This document shows, piece by piece, positions 19,801 to 26,768 of a stretch of DNA of 64,000 nt. A model generated the notes under the pieces. It was not told the origin of the DNA, ran no database searches, and saw nothing but the letters and a program-made list of their open reading frames with translations. How positions within the stretch are numbered: position 1 is the stretch's first letter; each line of letters begins with the position of its first letter. The position numbers and the translations under genes are program-made. This DNA comes from an uncultured Eubacteriales bacterium (lineage in GTDB: Bacteria; Bacillota; Clostridia; Oscillospirales; QAMX01), in NCBI GenBank assembly GCA_934546935.1, contig CAKTEH010000002.1, positions 156,400 through 220,399 on the forward strand. The letters run 5' to 3'.

Positions 19801-21344
19801 GGCTGAACCAGCGCATGGCCTGCCTGTACCCGCCCATGCGCAATAACCGGCCGGTTAAGCGGATGGCGCAGCGCTGCAATGGCCTGCGGCAGCGCGCCGA
19901 TAGCCGGCTCGGTATCCGCATCAAGCGTCGCAATATAACGGATATTCTGCGGCAGTGCAGCGGACGCTTGCAGTTCGCTTTCGCCGCCGCGCAGCAACGC
20001 ACACAGTGCTTCCAGCGCCCCGCGTTTGCGTTCACGCGGGATATAGGCCTGCTCGCTTTCGCTCCATTGCCTCGGGCGGGTGAACAGATAAAAGCCTGTG
20101 CCGGAACCTGCATTGAGCGCTGCAATAGCCTGCGCCGCCGCATTCACAATCGCAGCGTCTTCCGGCTCAACCGGGCTTTCTGCCTCTCTAAGGTCGAGAA
20201 GCAATCCAAAACTCAGATTTTTCCCGCCTTTTGCTGCAAGCGCATATTCGCCGAGTTTTTCCGCAAGCGTCCGCGCCTGTTCCGGCGTTGCCGCAAGCGC
20301 CGCAATGACACATAAGGTACGCGCGTCATCCGGAACCGGTGTTTGTACCTCCATAGAAAAAATCGGGTTCACAGGTACAAAACGCAGGAAAACCGGGTTT
20401 TCCAGACGGATCCATAAATCCAAAAGCACCGGATACGCGCACAATGCAAACCAGCCGCATCCGGCGCAGGCAATCCCCGCCGCCGCCAGAGCCGGGAACA
20501 GCACGCTCAGCGCTATATACAGCACGCGCGCTGTCCGGCCCAGCGATTTCCCCAGCGGCCTGCAGAATAGATAATACCCTACATGCCCCCGCCGCGCATC
20601 ACCGGCGTGTCCCTGTGCAAGCTCCAGCACCCGCTGGGCACAGGCACTTTCGGAAAGCCCGAAGCGCTTGGCAAGCTGCGCCGTCCGGGCCCGGTAATAG
20701 GCCCGGCTTTGTTCATCCATAGCCGGATAAGCGCCGGAGGGATCAAGCCGGAGCCGGGCTTCCACAGCACTGATCTGCGCACGCACTTTTTCAAAATCTG
20801 CACTGGATAGGCTGCGCAGCGCGGCAATGCCAAAAGCCATTGCATCGGCCAGCGCAGTATTTGTACGGCGGCTGCCCTGCGCCGCCTGTGCGGCACTGGA
20901 AGCAAGCTGCGGGGCATGCCCCGCCAGGAAACAAAGTGCGGAAAGCTTCAACGCAGGCGCCAGAAGCGAAAGTTCCCGCTCGGAAAGTACCTGCGCACGC
21001 TGGTGCAGAAGCTTGCACAGCCCAGCTTCATCCAATACTTTTGCGCTGTGCCATGCATCCTCTAACGCAGCCTCACAGACTGAAAAAACCCGTACCACTG
21101 GCGCCCTGCGCCCGGTCTCACGAAACACATCCTCCAATGCCGCTATTTCCCGGTCAATAATGTAGCGGTTGTCTGCCAACCACTCCAGTTCCCTGGGCAA
21201 AAATGCGCAGGCGCTGATTTGTGCATACAGGCGCGAAAAAATCCTGCGTACGGCGAAAAGCTTCCCTTTTACCCAGCGGATTTTGCGCAGGCGTGCAGCG
21301 GCTGTATCCAAATTCCCTGTTTTTACAGGTTCGTTGTTTGCCAT
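13899..21344 (-). CDS. Cyclic beta-1,2-glucan synthase-like giant multidomain protein (GT84-like glycosyltransferase + TM segments + glucoamylase-like alpha/alpha barrel + GH94-like phosphorylase)
   Basis: Single 2481-aa ORF with RBS GGGGTGA. GT motifs: IATLDADTEP and REHRWIRGDWQ. Hydrophobic segments flank the GT domain. The middle domain has RRTSPTNIGLAMLAF. C-terminal GH94 signatures: AYGFRDQLQDA, HWWHP, DDLLFLPY, GGGDWNDAMN, GGQYTHGAIW. Confidence 0.85.
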   Translation of the reverse strand: MANNEPVKTGNLDTAAARLRKIRWVKGKLFAVRRIFSRLYAQISACAFLPRELEWLADNRYIIDREIAALEDVFRETGRRAPVVRVFSVCEAALEDAWHSAKVLDEAGLCKLLHQRAQVLSERELSLLAPALKLSALCFLAGHAPQLASSAAQAAQGSRRTNTALADAMAFGIAALRSLSSADFEKVRAQISAVEARLRLDPSGAYPAMDEQSRAYYRARTAQLAKRFGLSESACAQRVLELAQGHAGDARRGHVGYYLFCRPLGKSLGRTARVLYIALSVLFPALAAAGIACAGCGWFALCAYPVLLDLWIRLENPVFLRFVPVNPIFSMEVQTPVPDDARTLCVIAALAATPEQARTLAEKLGEYALAAKGGKNLSFGLLLDLREAESPVEPEDAAIVNAAAQAIAALNAGSGTGFYLFTRPRQWSESEQAYIPRERKRGALEALCALLRGGESELQASAALPQNIRYIATLDADTEPAIGALPQAIAALRHPLNRPVIAHGRVQAGHALVQPRLSRALRRDSLFAEAYAGQGGFDAYGAAAPDFYQNLCGETNFTGKGVFDVDAYMQVLYGSLPEERILSHDLLEGAYLRAGFCPQAEFFEDFPQSASAYFGREHRWIRGDWQAAPWIFPHIKAKDGQRVRNPLPASAKLRIFDNLRRSLRPVFQLALIFIAVYTSAPDWLLILAVLSFLPDLLGCTVMPREEYRARIPDTMVRTLRRTVYDFIFLPKAAWTALDAAGRALWRMYISRRHLLQWRTAMQVGLGKANAAACAWAFLPCATAGVLLFLPPYDGFFLLLCRAAAALVWLCAPAVAYRSAKTPGCRRCMLDAPALEWVLAQSERMYGYFRDNVCAATHFLPPDNVQFTPAQGVARRTSPTNIGLAMLAFAAAKDLGFATQEEMLSRLEAMASTLEGMEKWHGNLYNWYSTDTAEPMYPRRVSTVDSGNLLGCLIALEAALREIQDQRAGALAARIHTLSTGMELAPLYDPVWRLFRLGYDAEHGKPDDSYYDLLASEARLASYIAVARGEADMRHWLRLGRLMGGLHRRRGLLSWSGTMFEYLMPALLLPSYEGSLLYESEYFALYCQKKRFKTRPYGVSESCFFAFDSDMNFQYKAHGVQALGLKRGLDREAVIAPYAAWLTLALDPQEAYQNLRSFDTLDAAGTWGHYEALDFTRSRIPDGSRYMPIRCFMAHHVGMSLIAAANALSDGIWQRRFFADAAMRAHSSLLKERVPVGTPLRARPQHYARELRGAVEEMELGRSQGIAWREPACVMLSNGGIRVLATSLGIARIVCAGEDLVAFDARHLSGAGGVHVLLALDGTLYSLTPAPFFAGNVEYAARFTPAYAEYTAKIGKVTAKLRVSVCAEEKAVQFALAFDGLQTQDAHAIVAFTPVVDELRAFTGHPAFSKLFLSAHVTQPPASVLAMSRRTRSGAPGRSAALACSDTAVFETSRERALGRAGLLGLLRIPAASAADSGAPDPYAAAYVPLTPSAGETCKLRFALGCAANEPDAVQAARSALEYGPGVESHRMYELLEALGMDANDAQQAFSLYARALYLTPSLRQQAAYLEKLSAGRSFLWRFGISGDYPLLLLRTEGGNTVEKALRAHMFLYLCGAYCDLAALNADGGYLRGGYVSCVEILREWGGESLLGQRAGVHLLDENTLTHQEREQLYALADLVLEDTEASVETTGDGAALVSLYPERSADAGRVETPCTIQGMEAYFEAAPALVWSHPLANAHFGYLACDSGAGNMWYCNSRENRINRWENDPLARTGPENVELVTPKGRTSLFSRGGDCRVRYRPGFAEWESHIDGIACTLRAFVHPQLPARIFELTLKSDAPAQAYILWHTTLILGETDESRRYVRTGYDAAHGVINVCNPSAQRFAPYHFVCTSYPRAQAYTCSEAAFRTGMLDGTCGAGLDPCAAMRIEPEQDNGVYHAWIVCGCASDAQQAGQITALCTPEAAAAAARQTQEYWRHMCMDLAIETPDKRIDAIVNGFAAYQVLAGRLFARSSMYQSSGAYGFRDQLQDAAGLMFLPPDAQRHALVRQQILFAAGHQYREGDVQHWWHPDGMDAHVARGVRTRVSDDLLFLPYVTLLYLQKTGDSSILDAPAPWLDSPPLMPQERERLEEAPVSQDSASVWEHCRHVLACVMERGCGPHGLAHIGGGDWNDAMNEVGIAGHGESVWLSWFAALVFEQMAAYGENRCDADTIFSWRRFSRELTDAAYAAWDGDHFLRGWHDDGTPVGSAQSDACKIDAISQAFCAFVEPPAPASPAEAAQREVRRIQALRSAVRSLYDGTVVRLFDPPFTTESKQDPGYIKGYTPGVRENGGQYTHGAIWLAMGLLRAGLADEGARILSSLAPSQRHGYRAEPYYIAADVYTAPQLYGRAGWTIYTGAAGWYLRAVLDELLGLHFLPGRLEIVPRLPSGWPGYQARYEKDGVCVCIRVRRGQTPQLYFDGASCTQIPWPPAPGEHEVDVVIQ

Positions 21345-21470
21345 AATTCACCCCAAAGCCGTCTTTTTATATCTATCGGCTATTAGTATGTCCGTTTTTT
21401 GGCAAGGTAAACTTACGAACAAGTATGCCGGGAAAAGAAAGAAAGTTTATTGTAATTCAATAAATATATA

Positions 21471-21498
21471 TTGACTTTTTGAATTTTACTGTTATACT
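21471..21498 (+). promoter_or_regulatory. Promoter of the DUF2975/HTH pair
   Basis: TTGACT, 16 nt, TG-T-TATACT (extended -10), 28 nt upstream of ATG 21526. Confidence 0.55.
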
Positions 21499-21525
21499 GG
21501 TAGAAACAGACGGAAAGGGAGGCGC

Positions 21526-22008
21526 ATGATGTCTCAGAAAAACTGTGCGAATATGCTCAAAGCCATCCTGCTTCTGGCCGCGGCGGCAGTTGCAGCGATC
21601 TATTTCGTACTCGCGCCGCATATCGCAGTGAAAGTGGTACGAAATTACCCCGAATATATCTATGCGTTCTGGCCCTGGCTTGGTTACGTGCTGTTAAGCT
21701 GTATTCCGGTGTTCTGGGCATTTGCCGACGCCTGGGCAATTTTTTCACGCATCGGGCTCGACCGGTCCTTCTGCCCGGAAAATGTGCGCAGCATGCGCCG
21801 CATTTCTATCCTTGCCGCCGCCGAGTCCATTTATCTGATGGCTGGAAATATCGTGCTTTCACTTTTTGTCGTCAACCACCCGGGTATCTTCCTGTTTTTT
21901 ACTGTGCTGGCTTTCCTTGCGCTGATCGCCTGCGGCGTATGCGCAGCCCTATCCATGCTGATCCGCAAAGCCAGTACCCTTCAGGAAGAAAACGACCTGA
22001 CAATATGA
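21526..22008 (+). CDS. DUF2975-like membrane protein
   Basis: Four hydrophobic helices and a C-terminal ..LQEENDLTI tail. It sits immediately upstream of a YozG-type HTH gene, which is the classic pairing. GGGAGG RBS. Confidence 0.7.
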   Translation: MMSQKNCANMLKAILLLAAAAVAAIYFVLAPHIAVKVVRNYPEYIYAFWPWLGYVLLSCIPVFWAFADAWAIFSRIGLDRSFCPENVRSMRRISILAAAESIYLMAGNIVLSLFVVNHPGIFLFFTVLAFLALIACGVCAALSMLIRKASTLQEENDLTI

Positions 22009-22017
22009 GGTATCGCG

Positions 22018-22233
22018 ATGATTATAGTCAACCTTGACGTCATGCTGGCGCGGCGGAAGATGAGCGTAACCGAGCTGTCCGAACGCATCGGGCTGACGCT
22101 TGCAAACGTATCCATTCTGAAAAACGGACATGCCAAGGCTGTTAAATTTTCCACGCTCGAACGTATCTGCCAGGTGCTCAACTGCCAGCCAGGCGATATC
22201 CTTGAATACCGCCCGGATCCCCAGAAAGACTGA
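22018..22233 (+). CDS. XRE/YozG-type helix-turn-helix transcriptional regulator
   Basis: 71 aa: IIVNLDVMLARRKMSVTELSERIGLTLANVSILKNGHAKAVKFSTLERICQVLNCQPGDILEY. Confidence 0.85.
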   Translation: MIIVNLDVMLARRKMSVTELSERIGLTLANVSILKNGHAKAVKFSTLERICQVLNCQPGDILEYRPDPQKD

Positions 22234-22253
22234 ACGTATCCAGATAAAACTGC

Positions 22254-22304
22254 AAAAAAGCCAGCCCGCGCCGGATGCAACACCCGGCGCGGGCTGGCTT
22301 TTTT
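22254..22304. terminator. Bidirectional terminator
   Basis: AAAAAA-GCCAGCCCGCGCCGG-loop-CCGGCGCGGGCTGGC-TTTTTT, between convergent genes. Confidence 0.8.
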
Positions 22305-22320
22305 CCTTATATCCAAAACT

Positions 22321-23070
22321 TTATGCGTGCGCGCAGTCCCGCGCACGGAGTTTACCTGCCCGGATCAAAAGCATCCCCGGCCGGCGCAGCTCGTCTTCCA
22401 TTCCCGCAAACCCCATCCATTCCTCTGGCAGGACTGCTTCCTCTACTGATTCCAGCGATAACCCCGCGGCAAGCAGGCCCATAAGGATCTGGGGCAGCGC
22501 GTGATGCTGCTCCACAACCGGGCATCCAAGAAAGTCCATTGTCCGCGGGCCCGGTTCAAAGTACCGGCCGACCGGCCAATATTTTTCCCTGTTTTCCCCT
22601 TCAATCCAGCGTTGTCCCGCACCCCCGGTAAATACCGGATGCTCGATATTCAGAAGGAACACACCACCGGGTTCCAAACAGGTATAAACCCCTTTGAAAA
22701 CCGGTTCAAGCGTCCCCACATAATGCAGTACCAAATTGGAAATAACGCAAGTCAAAACGGTTCGGAGGATAGGCATATTCCTCTACCGTGCACAGACGGT
22801 ATTCTATGTCCGCATGTGCATCATGCCTGCACGCATAGTCCAGCATCCTTCAGCTGGCGTCAATCCCCAAGACCTTTGCCGCGCCCGATTCGGCTGCATA
22901 CCGGCTGTGCCAGCCATACCCACAGACAAGGTCAAGCACTGATTTCCTCTTCAAATTAGGAAACAGCGCCTGAAACTGCGGCCGCTCTCCCGTCTCCGAA
23001 AGCTCCTCGCGGCTTCGGGCCATTTGGGCATACCAATGAAAAAAGTTTCCTCATCATAAACTGCAGGCAT
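22321..23070 (-). pseudogene. Class I SAM-dependent methyltransferase (type 11), disrupted
   Basis: The pieces reassemble as MPAVYDEETFF|HWYAQMARSREELSETGERPQFQALFPNLKRKSVLDLVCGYGWHSRYAAESGAAKVLGIDAS*RMLDYA..NRFDL|VISNLVLHYV... There are three lesions. One is a 1-nt deletion in a T6 run (plus-strand A6 at 23039-23044). One is an in-frame TGA at 22850-22852. One is a 1-nt insertion near 22746-22750. The total of 750 nt is consistent with one deletion plus one insertion. Confidence 0.75.
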
Positions 23071-23758
23071 CTTTTTCCCTCTGTAAATCCGCATCTGCGG
23101 GCGGCGCAGCTTCCTGCGGCCGGCCAGGCGCAGCGCAAGCATGCGGCAGGCTCCAGCGGAAATACGCAGCGAGCACACGGATAACCATTACAATAGCTGC
23201 GCCTATTGCCATTGCAGCGCCCTGCCCAGCATATTCCCAAAGTATGGCACACGCCAACGCACCAAGAATAGATGCACAGGCATAAACATGTTTGACGAAA
23301 ATGTAAGGCTGCTCCCCCGCCAACACATCGCGCAGTACGCCGCCGCCGACACCGGTAATCACGCCGACAAACACCAAAAGAAAAATGCTGTATACGCTGG
23401 AAACATTATATGCCGTCCGGATTCCTGCAACAGTAAAAACTGCAAGCCCAACCGTATCCATAATAAACAGGGCGACGTCGTATATGCGGCGGTTCCGTTC
23501 AAAAAACGCGCGAATCGGCGGCAAAAATAACACAATCGCGGTCAATAATGCAACAGCCGCGTAAACCGGATCCCGGAACAGCACAGGCGGATGAATGCCC
23601 AGCACCAGATCCCGGATTACACCGCCTCCAGTCGCCGTTACCAGCCCAAGTACCGCAATACCCAGTATATCCATATTTTTCCGTATGCCGATCATTGCGC
23701 CCGACGCAGAAAACGCAACAGTCCCAAGAAGCTCAAGAATGCGGATAGACACTTCCAT
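23054..23758 (-). CDS. UPF0126/TRIC-type (Gly_transporter domain) membrane protein
   Basis: GGAGGG RBS before ATG 23758. Duplicated motif: GTVAFSASGAMIG....GGGVIRDLVLG and GLAVFTVAGIRTA....GGGVLRDVLAG. A glycine riboswitch lies immediately upstream. Confidence 0.8.
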   Translation of the reverse strand: MEVSIRILELLGTVAFSASGAMIGIRKNMDILGIAVLGLVTATGGGVIRDLVLGIHPPVLFRDPVYAAVALLTAIVLFLPPIRAFFERNRRIYDVALFIMDTVGLAVFTVAGIRTAYNVSSVYSIFLLVFVGVITGVGGGVLRDVLAGEQPYIFVKHVYACASILGALACAILWEYAGQGAAMAIGAAIVMVIRVLAAYFRWSLPHACAAPGRPQEAAPPADADLQREKDACSL

Positions 23759-23776
23759 AACACACCCTCCAAAACG

Positions 23777-23980
23777 AAAAAAAGTACGGCCGGATTCTGC
23801 TTCCGCCGTACTCTGTCTTGTCAACCTGAAAGATTCTCCGCGCCATTGTATGCGCGAATTGCTTCATCGGTGCGCCATGCGCTCTCCAGAGGGCCTGTCC
23901 GGATCCGGTCCTTTGACCTGAGAGTTTCGCCCCTTCGGTGGTCCGCCCCACGGCAGACACTCTCCCGAACCCATCGTTCA
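23777..23980 (-). promoter_or_regulatory. Tandem glycine riboswitch with terminator expression platform
   Basis: Read on the minus strand. Aptamer 1: CGGGAGAG..GGACCACCGAAGGGGCGAAACUCUCAGGUCAAAGGACCGG. Aptamer 2: CUCUGGAGAG..GCGCACCGAUGAAGCAAUUCGCG..UCAGGUUGACAAGACAGAG. Then the hairpin GUACGGCGG..CCGGCCGUAC plus U7 (23777-23812), then the RBS of the TRIC-like gene. Confidence 0.85.
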
Positions 23981-23991
23981 GTACCGTTTTT

Positions 23992-24021
23992 ACTCTAGCA
24001 CGCATACGCTGGCACTGTCAA
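23992..24021 (-). promoter_or_regulatory. Promoter driving the glycine riboswitch
   Basis: Minus strand: TTGACA, 18 nt ending in TGC, TAGAGT. It lies about 15 nt upstream of aptamer 1. Confidence 0.55.
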
Positions 24022-24136
24022 GCGCAAAAAAGCTGTTTTTTAGGATGAAAGCAGGATAAAAACAGGTGAATTTTCCAAATTTCCGTGACGAATCACAAAA
24101 GCTCCGCCATGAATCTACAAGCCCGCATAAATCTAT

Positions 24137-25006
24137 TCAGCGCCCTTTCCCGGCAAAAAACAGCGCCAGCATCCCGGGCCCGACATGTGCGCCGGTCATC
24201 GGTTCATGCACCGAAACAATCAGCTCGCCCGGACGCGCGATTTCACAGATCCGTTCGGCAAGCTCCATTGCGTCCGCCTCGCAGTCGCCATGAGAAATTG
24301 CAACCCGGCTGTGCTGCGGATCAACCGCAGTCTCCCGGTAAAGCCTGGCGATCCGGCTGATCGCATCCCTGCGGCCGCGCGCCTTATCAATCATCACAAT
24401 ACGCCCCTCTTCGTTGCCGTAAAGGATTGGCTTGATCTGCAGAACCGTTCCGACAATAGCTTTTACCCCCGAGATCCGCCCGCCGCGGCGCAGGAACATC
24501 ATATCATCCACCGTAAAATACTGGCGCATATTCCCGCAGTATTCACGTAAATCGGCACATAACGCAGACAATTCCATTCCCTGCGCGCGCAAATCTGCAG
24601 CATGACAGGCAACCAGCCCAATGCCCAGGCCAGCGCCCAGAGAATCCACCACCTCGGCGCGGCGCCCTGGATAGCTTTCGCACAGGCGTTCGGCAGCCAT
24701 CCGGGCCGAGTGTACCGTCCCGCTGACGCCGGAGGAAAGCCCAATATAAACCACATCTTCGCCGGCTTCCAAAACCGGAGCAAAAGCGTCCATAAATACT
24801 TCCTGATTAATCAGCGAAGTCTTCACTGGTGTCCCGGAGCGCAGCGCATGATAATACTGCTTATAATCAAAGCGGGTCAGATCTGCCGGGCATTCATAAC
24901 GCGCACCGCCAAGCTCCAGCGGATACGTCAGCACACGTATGCCAAGCCGGGTCATCTCCTCATAAGGAAGATTGGCGGCTGTATCGGTGAAGATTTGATA
25001 AGACAT
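24137..25006 (-). CDS. DegV family fatty-acid-binding protein
   Basis: MSYQIFTDTAANLP.., ..PVKTSLINQEVF.., ..VVYIGLSSGVSGT.., ..HGDCEADA... AGAGGTG RBS. Confidence 0.9.
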   Translation of the reverse strand: MSYQIFTDTAANLPYEEMTRLGIRVLTYPLELGGARYECPADLTRFDYKQYYHALRSGTPVKTSLINQEVFMDAFAPVLEAGEDVVYIGLSSGVSGTVHSARMAAERLCESYPGRRAEVVDSLGAGLGIGLVACHAADLRAQGMELSALCADLREYCGNMRQYFTVDDMMFLRRGGRISGVKAIVGTVLQIKPILYGNEEGRIVMIDKARGRRDAISRIARLYRETAVDPQHSRVAISHGDCEADAMELAERICEIARPGELIVSVHEPMTGAHVGPGMLALFFAGKGR

Positions 25007-25658
25007 TTTAGGACACCTCTATCTAGTATTTGAAACCATTATATGCGTTTATTATAATTATGTCAATATATTTTCAGACAATACAAGCCAAAATATCTGT
25101 ATGCTTTTAAAAAACAGTATCAGTATTATAATACAAGTATAAATAAATGTAAAGGCAAAGAAGCTTGAAAATCGTCAGTTTAAAATTTATTCATTCTTAG
25201 CACAACAAAAATGCACGTCTGTTTTATTCCAGACGCGCATAGGTTGCTGCAAAGCTTAATCACACAGAATACTTGCCATGCCGCTCAGCAGCGCAGCAAC
25301 AAGGAAACCACCCAGGCCGGATGCCATAGGCCATGGACAAAGCCAAAATAAAGGAAAAGAATACCAGCAGGCTGTTCCTTTCGCCTGCGCGCCGTTTCCT
25401 CCACAGGCCCAAGCGTGCCTGCGCCGGCCCATCAGCGGACCTTCGAAAAATCAGTACAACCGGCGTCATGGTCAGCACAGGGAAACGCCTCTGGAACGCA
25501 TCCATGCGGCTTTTCGGAAAAACCATGTCAAATCCGGCTGCGCAGGCAAAAGGCGGCTGTTTGCGCTGCAGGTTTTCGGATCCGGCAGGGAAAAACTTGC
25601 CAGACGCACGCTGCTGTGTTAGGATACAGGGTAGAATCAAAAAAGAAGGTGCAGAATT

Positions 25659-26159
25659 TTGATCCGCCCGGCGAAACCGCAGGAATTTACACAGATTCTG
25701 AAAATCTACCAAACCGCGCGTCTTTACATGAAAACGCATGGCAATCCCTGCCAATGGGGAAACCATAATCCCACACCGGAAACATTGGAAGAGGATATGC
25801 GCCGCGGGCAGCTGTACGTGCTTGAAGGCGCCGATTACACCGCGCATGCAGCCTTTGTCTTTTTCACCGGCGCCGAGCCTAGCTATACGCAAATCGACGG
25901 TGCTTGGCTTGACGGCGGCCCTTACGGCTGTATCCACCGTGTTGCAAGCGACGGGACGCTGCACGGCGTATTCCGGCATATTGCAGGATTCTGCAAAGCA
26001 CAGACAGCTTCCCTGCGCATCGATACCCACGCGGACAACCATACGATGCAGCATCTGCTTGAACAGACCGGCTTTGTCCGCTGCGGCATTATCCGCCTGC
26101 CGGATGGCAGCCCACGCATTGCTTACCAGTTTCTGAAAATAGAAGACGCTTTGGAATAA
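25659..26159 (+). CDS. GNAT family N-acetyltransferase
   Basis: 166 aa. TTG start preceded by AGAAGGTG. IRPAKPQEFTQILKIYQTARLYM.., ..IHRVASDG.., ..LRIDTHADNHTMQHLLEQTGFVRCG. Confidence 0.8.
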   Translation: MIRPAKPQEFTQILKIYQTARLYMKTHGNPCQWGNHNPTPETLEEDMRRGQLYVLEGADYTAHAAFVFFTGAEPSYTQIDGAWLDGGPYGCIHRVASDGTLHGVFRHIAGFCKAQTASLRIDTHADNHTMQHLLEQTGFVRCGIIRLPDGSPRIAYQFLKIEDALE

Positions 26160-26170
26160 GCGCTGTCCTC

Positions 26171-26653
26171 TTACCCGGGCTGCTGCCCCGGAAGCCGGCA
26201 TACATCGATCCAGTCCTCCGGATTTGCCAGCGTCTCCAGCTCGGAAAGATTGAGCTCAATCGCAGAATTTGCACTTCCGCAGGCAGGAAATACCGTCTCA
26301 AAGCGGCGCAGTGAAATATCCAGATATATCGCTACTCCCGTATTGACGGCAAACGGGCAGACGCCGCCAACCGCATGGCCAATGCGCGCCGGTGCTTCTT
26401 CCCAGGAGAGCATTTTTGCTTTGACGCCGAAATACGCTTTATATTTGGCGTTATCGATCTTTGCATCGCCCGCCGCAACTACGAGCACCGTCCTCCCATT
26501 TACATCAAAAGAAATCGTTTTTGCAATCCGGCAGCCTTCGCAGCCCAGCGCTGAAGCCGCCAGTTCTACCGTTGCGCTGGAAACAGGGAATTCAAGGATG
26601 CGGGATTCCATCCCGTAAACACGAAGATATTCGCGTACTTTTTCGATTGACAT
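26171..26653 (-). CDS. YbaK/EbsC-type aminoacyl-tRNA editing (deacylase) domain protein
   Basis: GAGGAGGG RBS before ATG 26653. ..CRIAKTISFDVNGRTVLVVAAGDAKIDNAKYK.., ..GHAVGGVCPF.., ..VFPACGSANSAIEL. Confidence 0.85.
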   Translation of the reverse strand: MSIEKVREYLRVYGMESRILEFPVSSATVELAASALGCEGCRIAKTISFDVNGRTVLVVAAGDAKIDNAKYKAYFGVKAKMLSWEEAPARIGHAVGGVCPFAVNTGVAIYLDISLRRFETVFPACGSANSAIELNLSELETLANPEDWIDVCRLPGQQPG

Positions 26654-26768
26654 CGTAAGAGCCCTCCTCTTTTCAAATATCCATATCACAGTTTAAAACG
26701 CTCCCTTATGCATAAATGCACAAGGGAGCGCAATACGCCAGAAGACTGTAGGCGTGTGGATTTTTTCG

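Noticed and set aside
13923-21165. Dozens of 60-330-aa ORFs on both strands inside the 7.4-kb giant gene
   Set aside because: A single uninterrupted 2481-aa frame with ordered GT84, glucoamylase-like and GH94 motifs explains the region. The others are Arg/Pro/Ala-rich out-of-frame artefacts.
23054-23178. Possible fusion of the TRIC-like gene with the downstream methyltransferase, because of the long C-terminal tail and 17-nt overlap
   Set aside because: The two reading frames differ, and the methyltransferase has its own RBS and ATG at 23070. A simple overlap of adjacent genes explains it.
25260-26201. 313-aa minus-strand ORF
   Set aside because: Two thirds of it is antisense to the GNAT gene. 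None of the internal Met codons in the remaining part (25260-25658) has an RBS, and no family is recognisable. It is kept only as a possible decayed small membrane gene (see findings).
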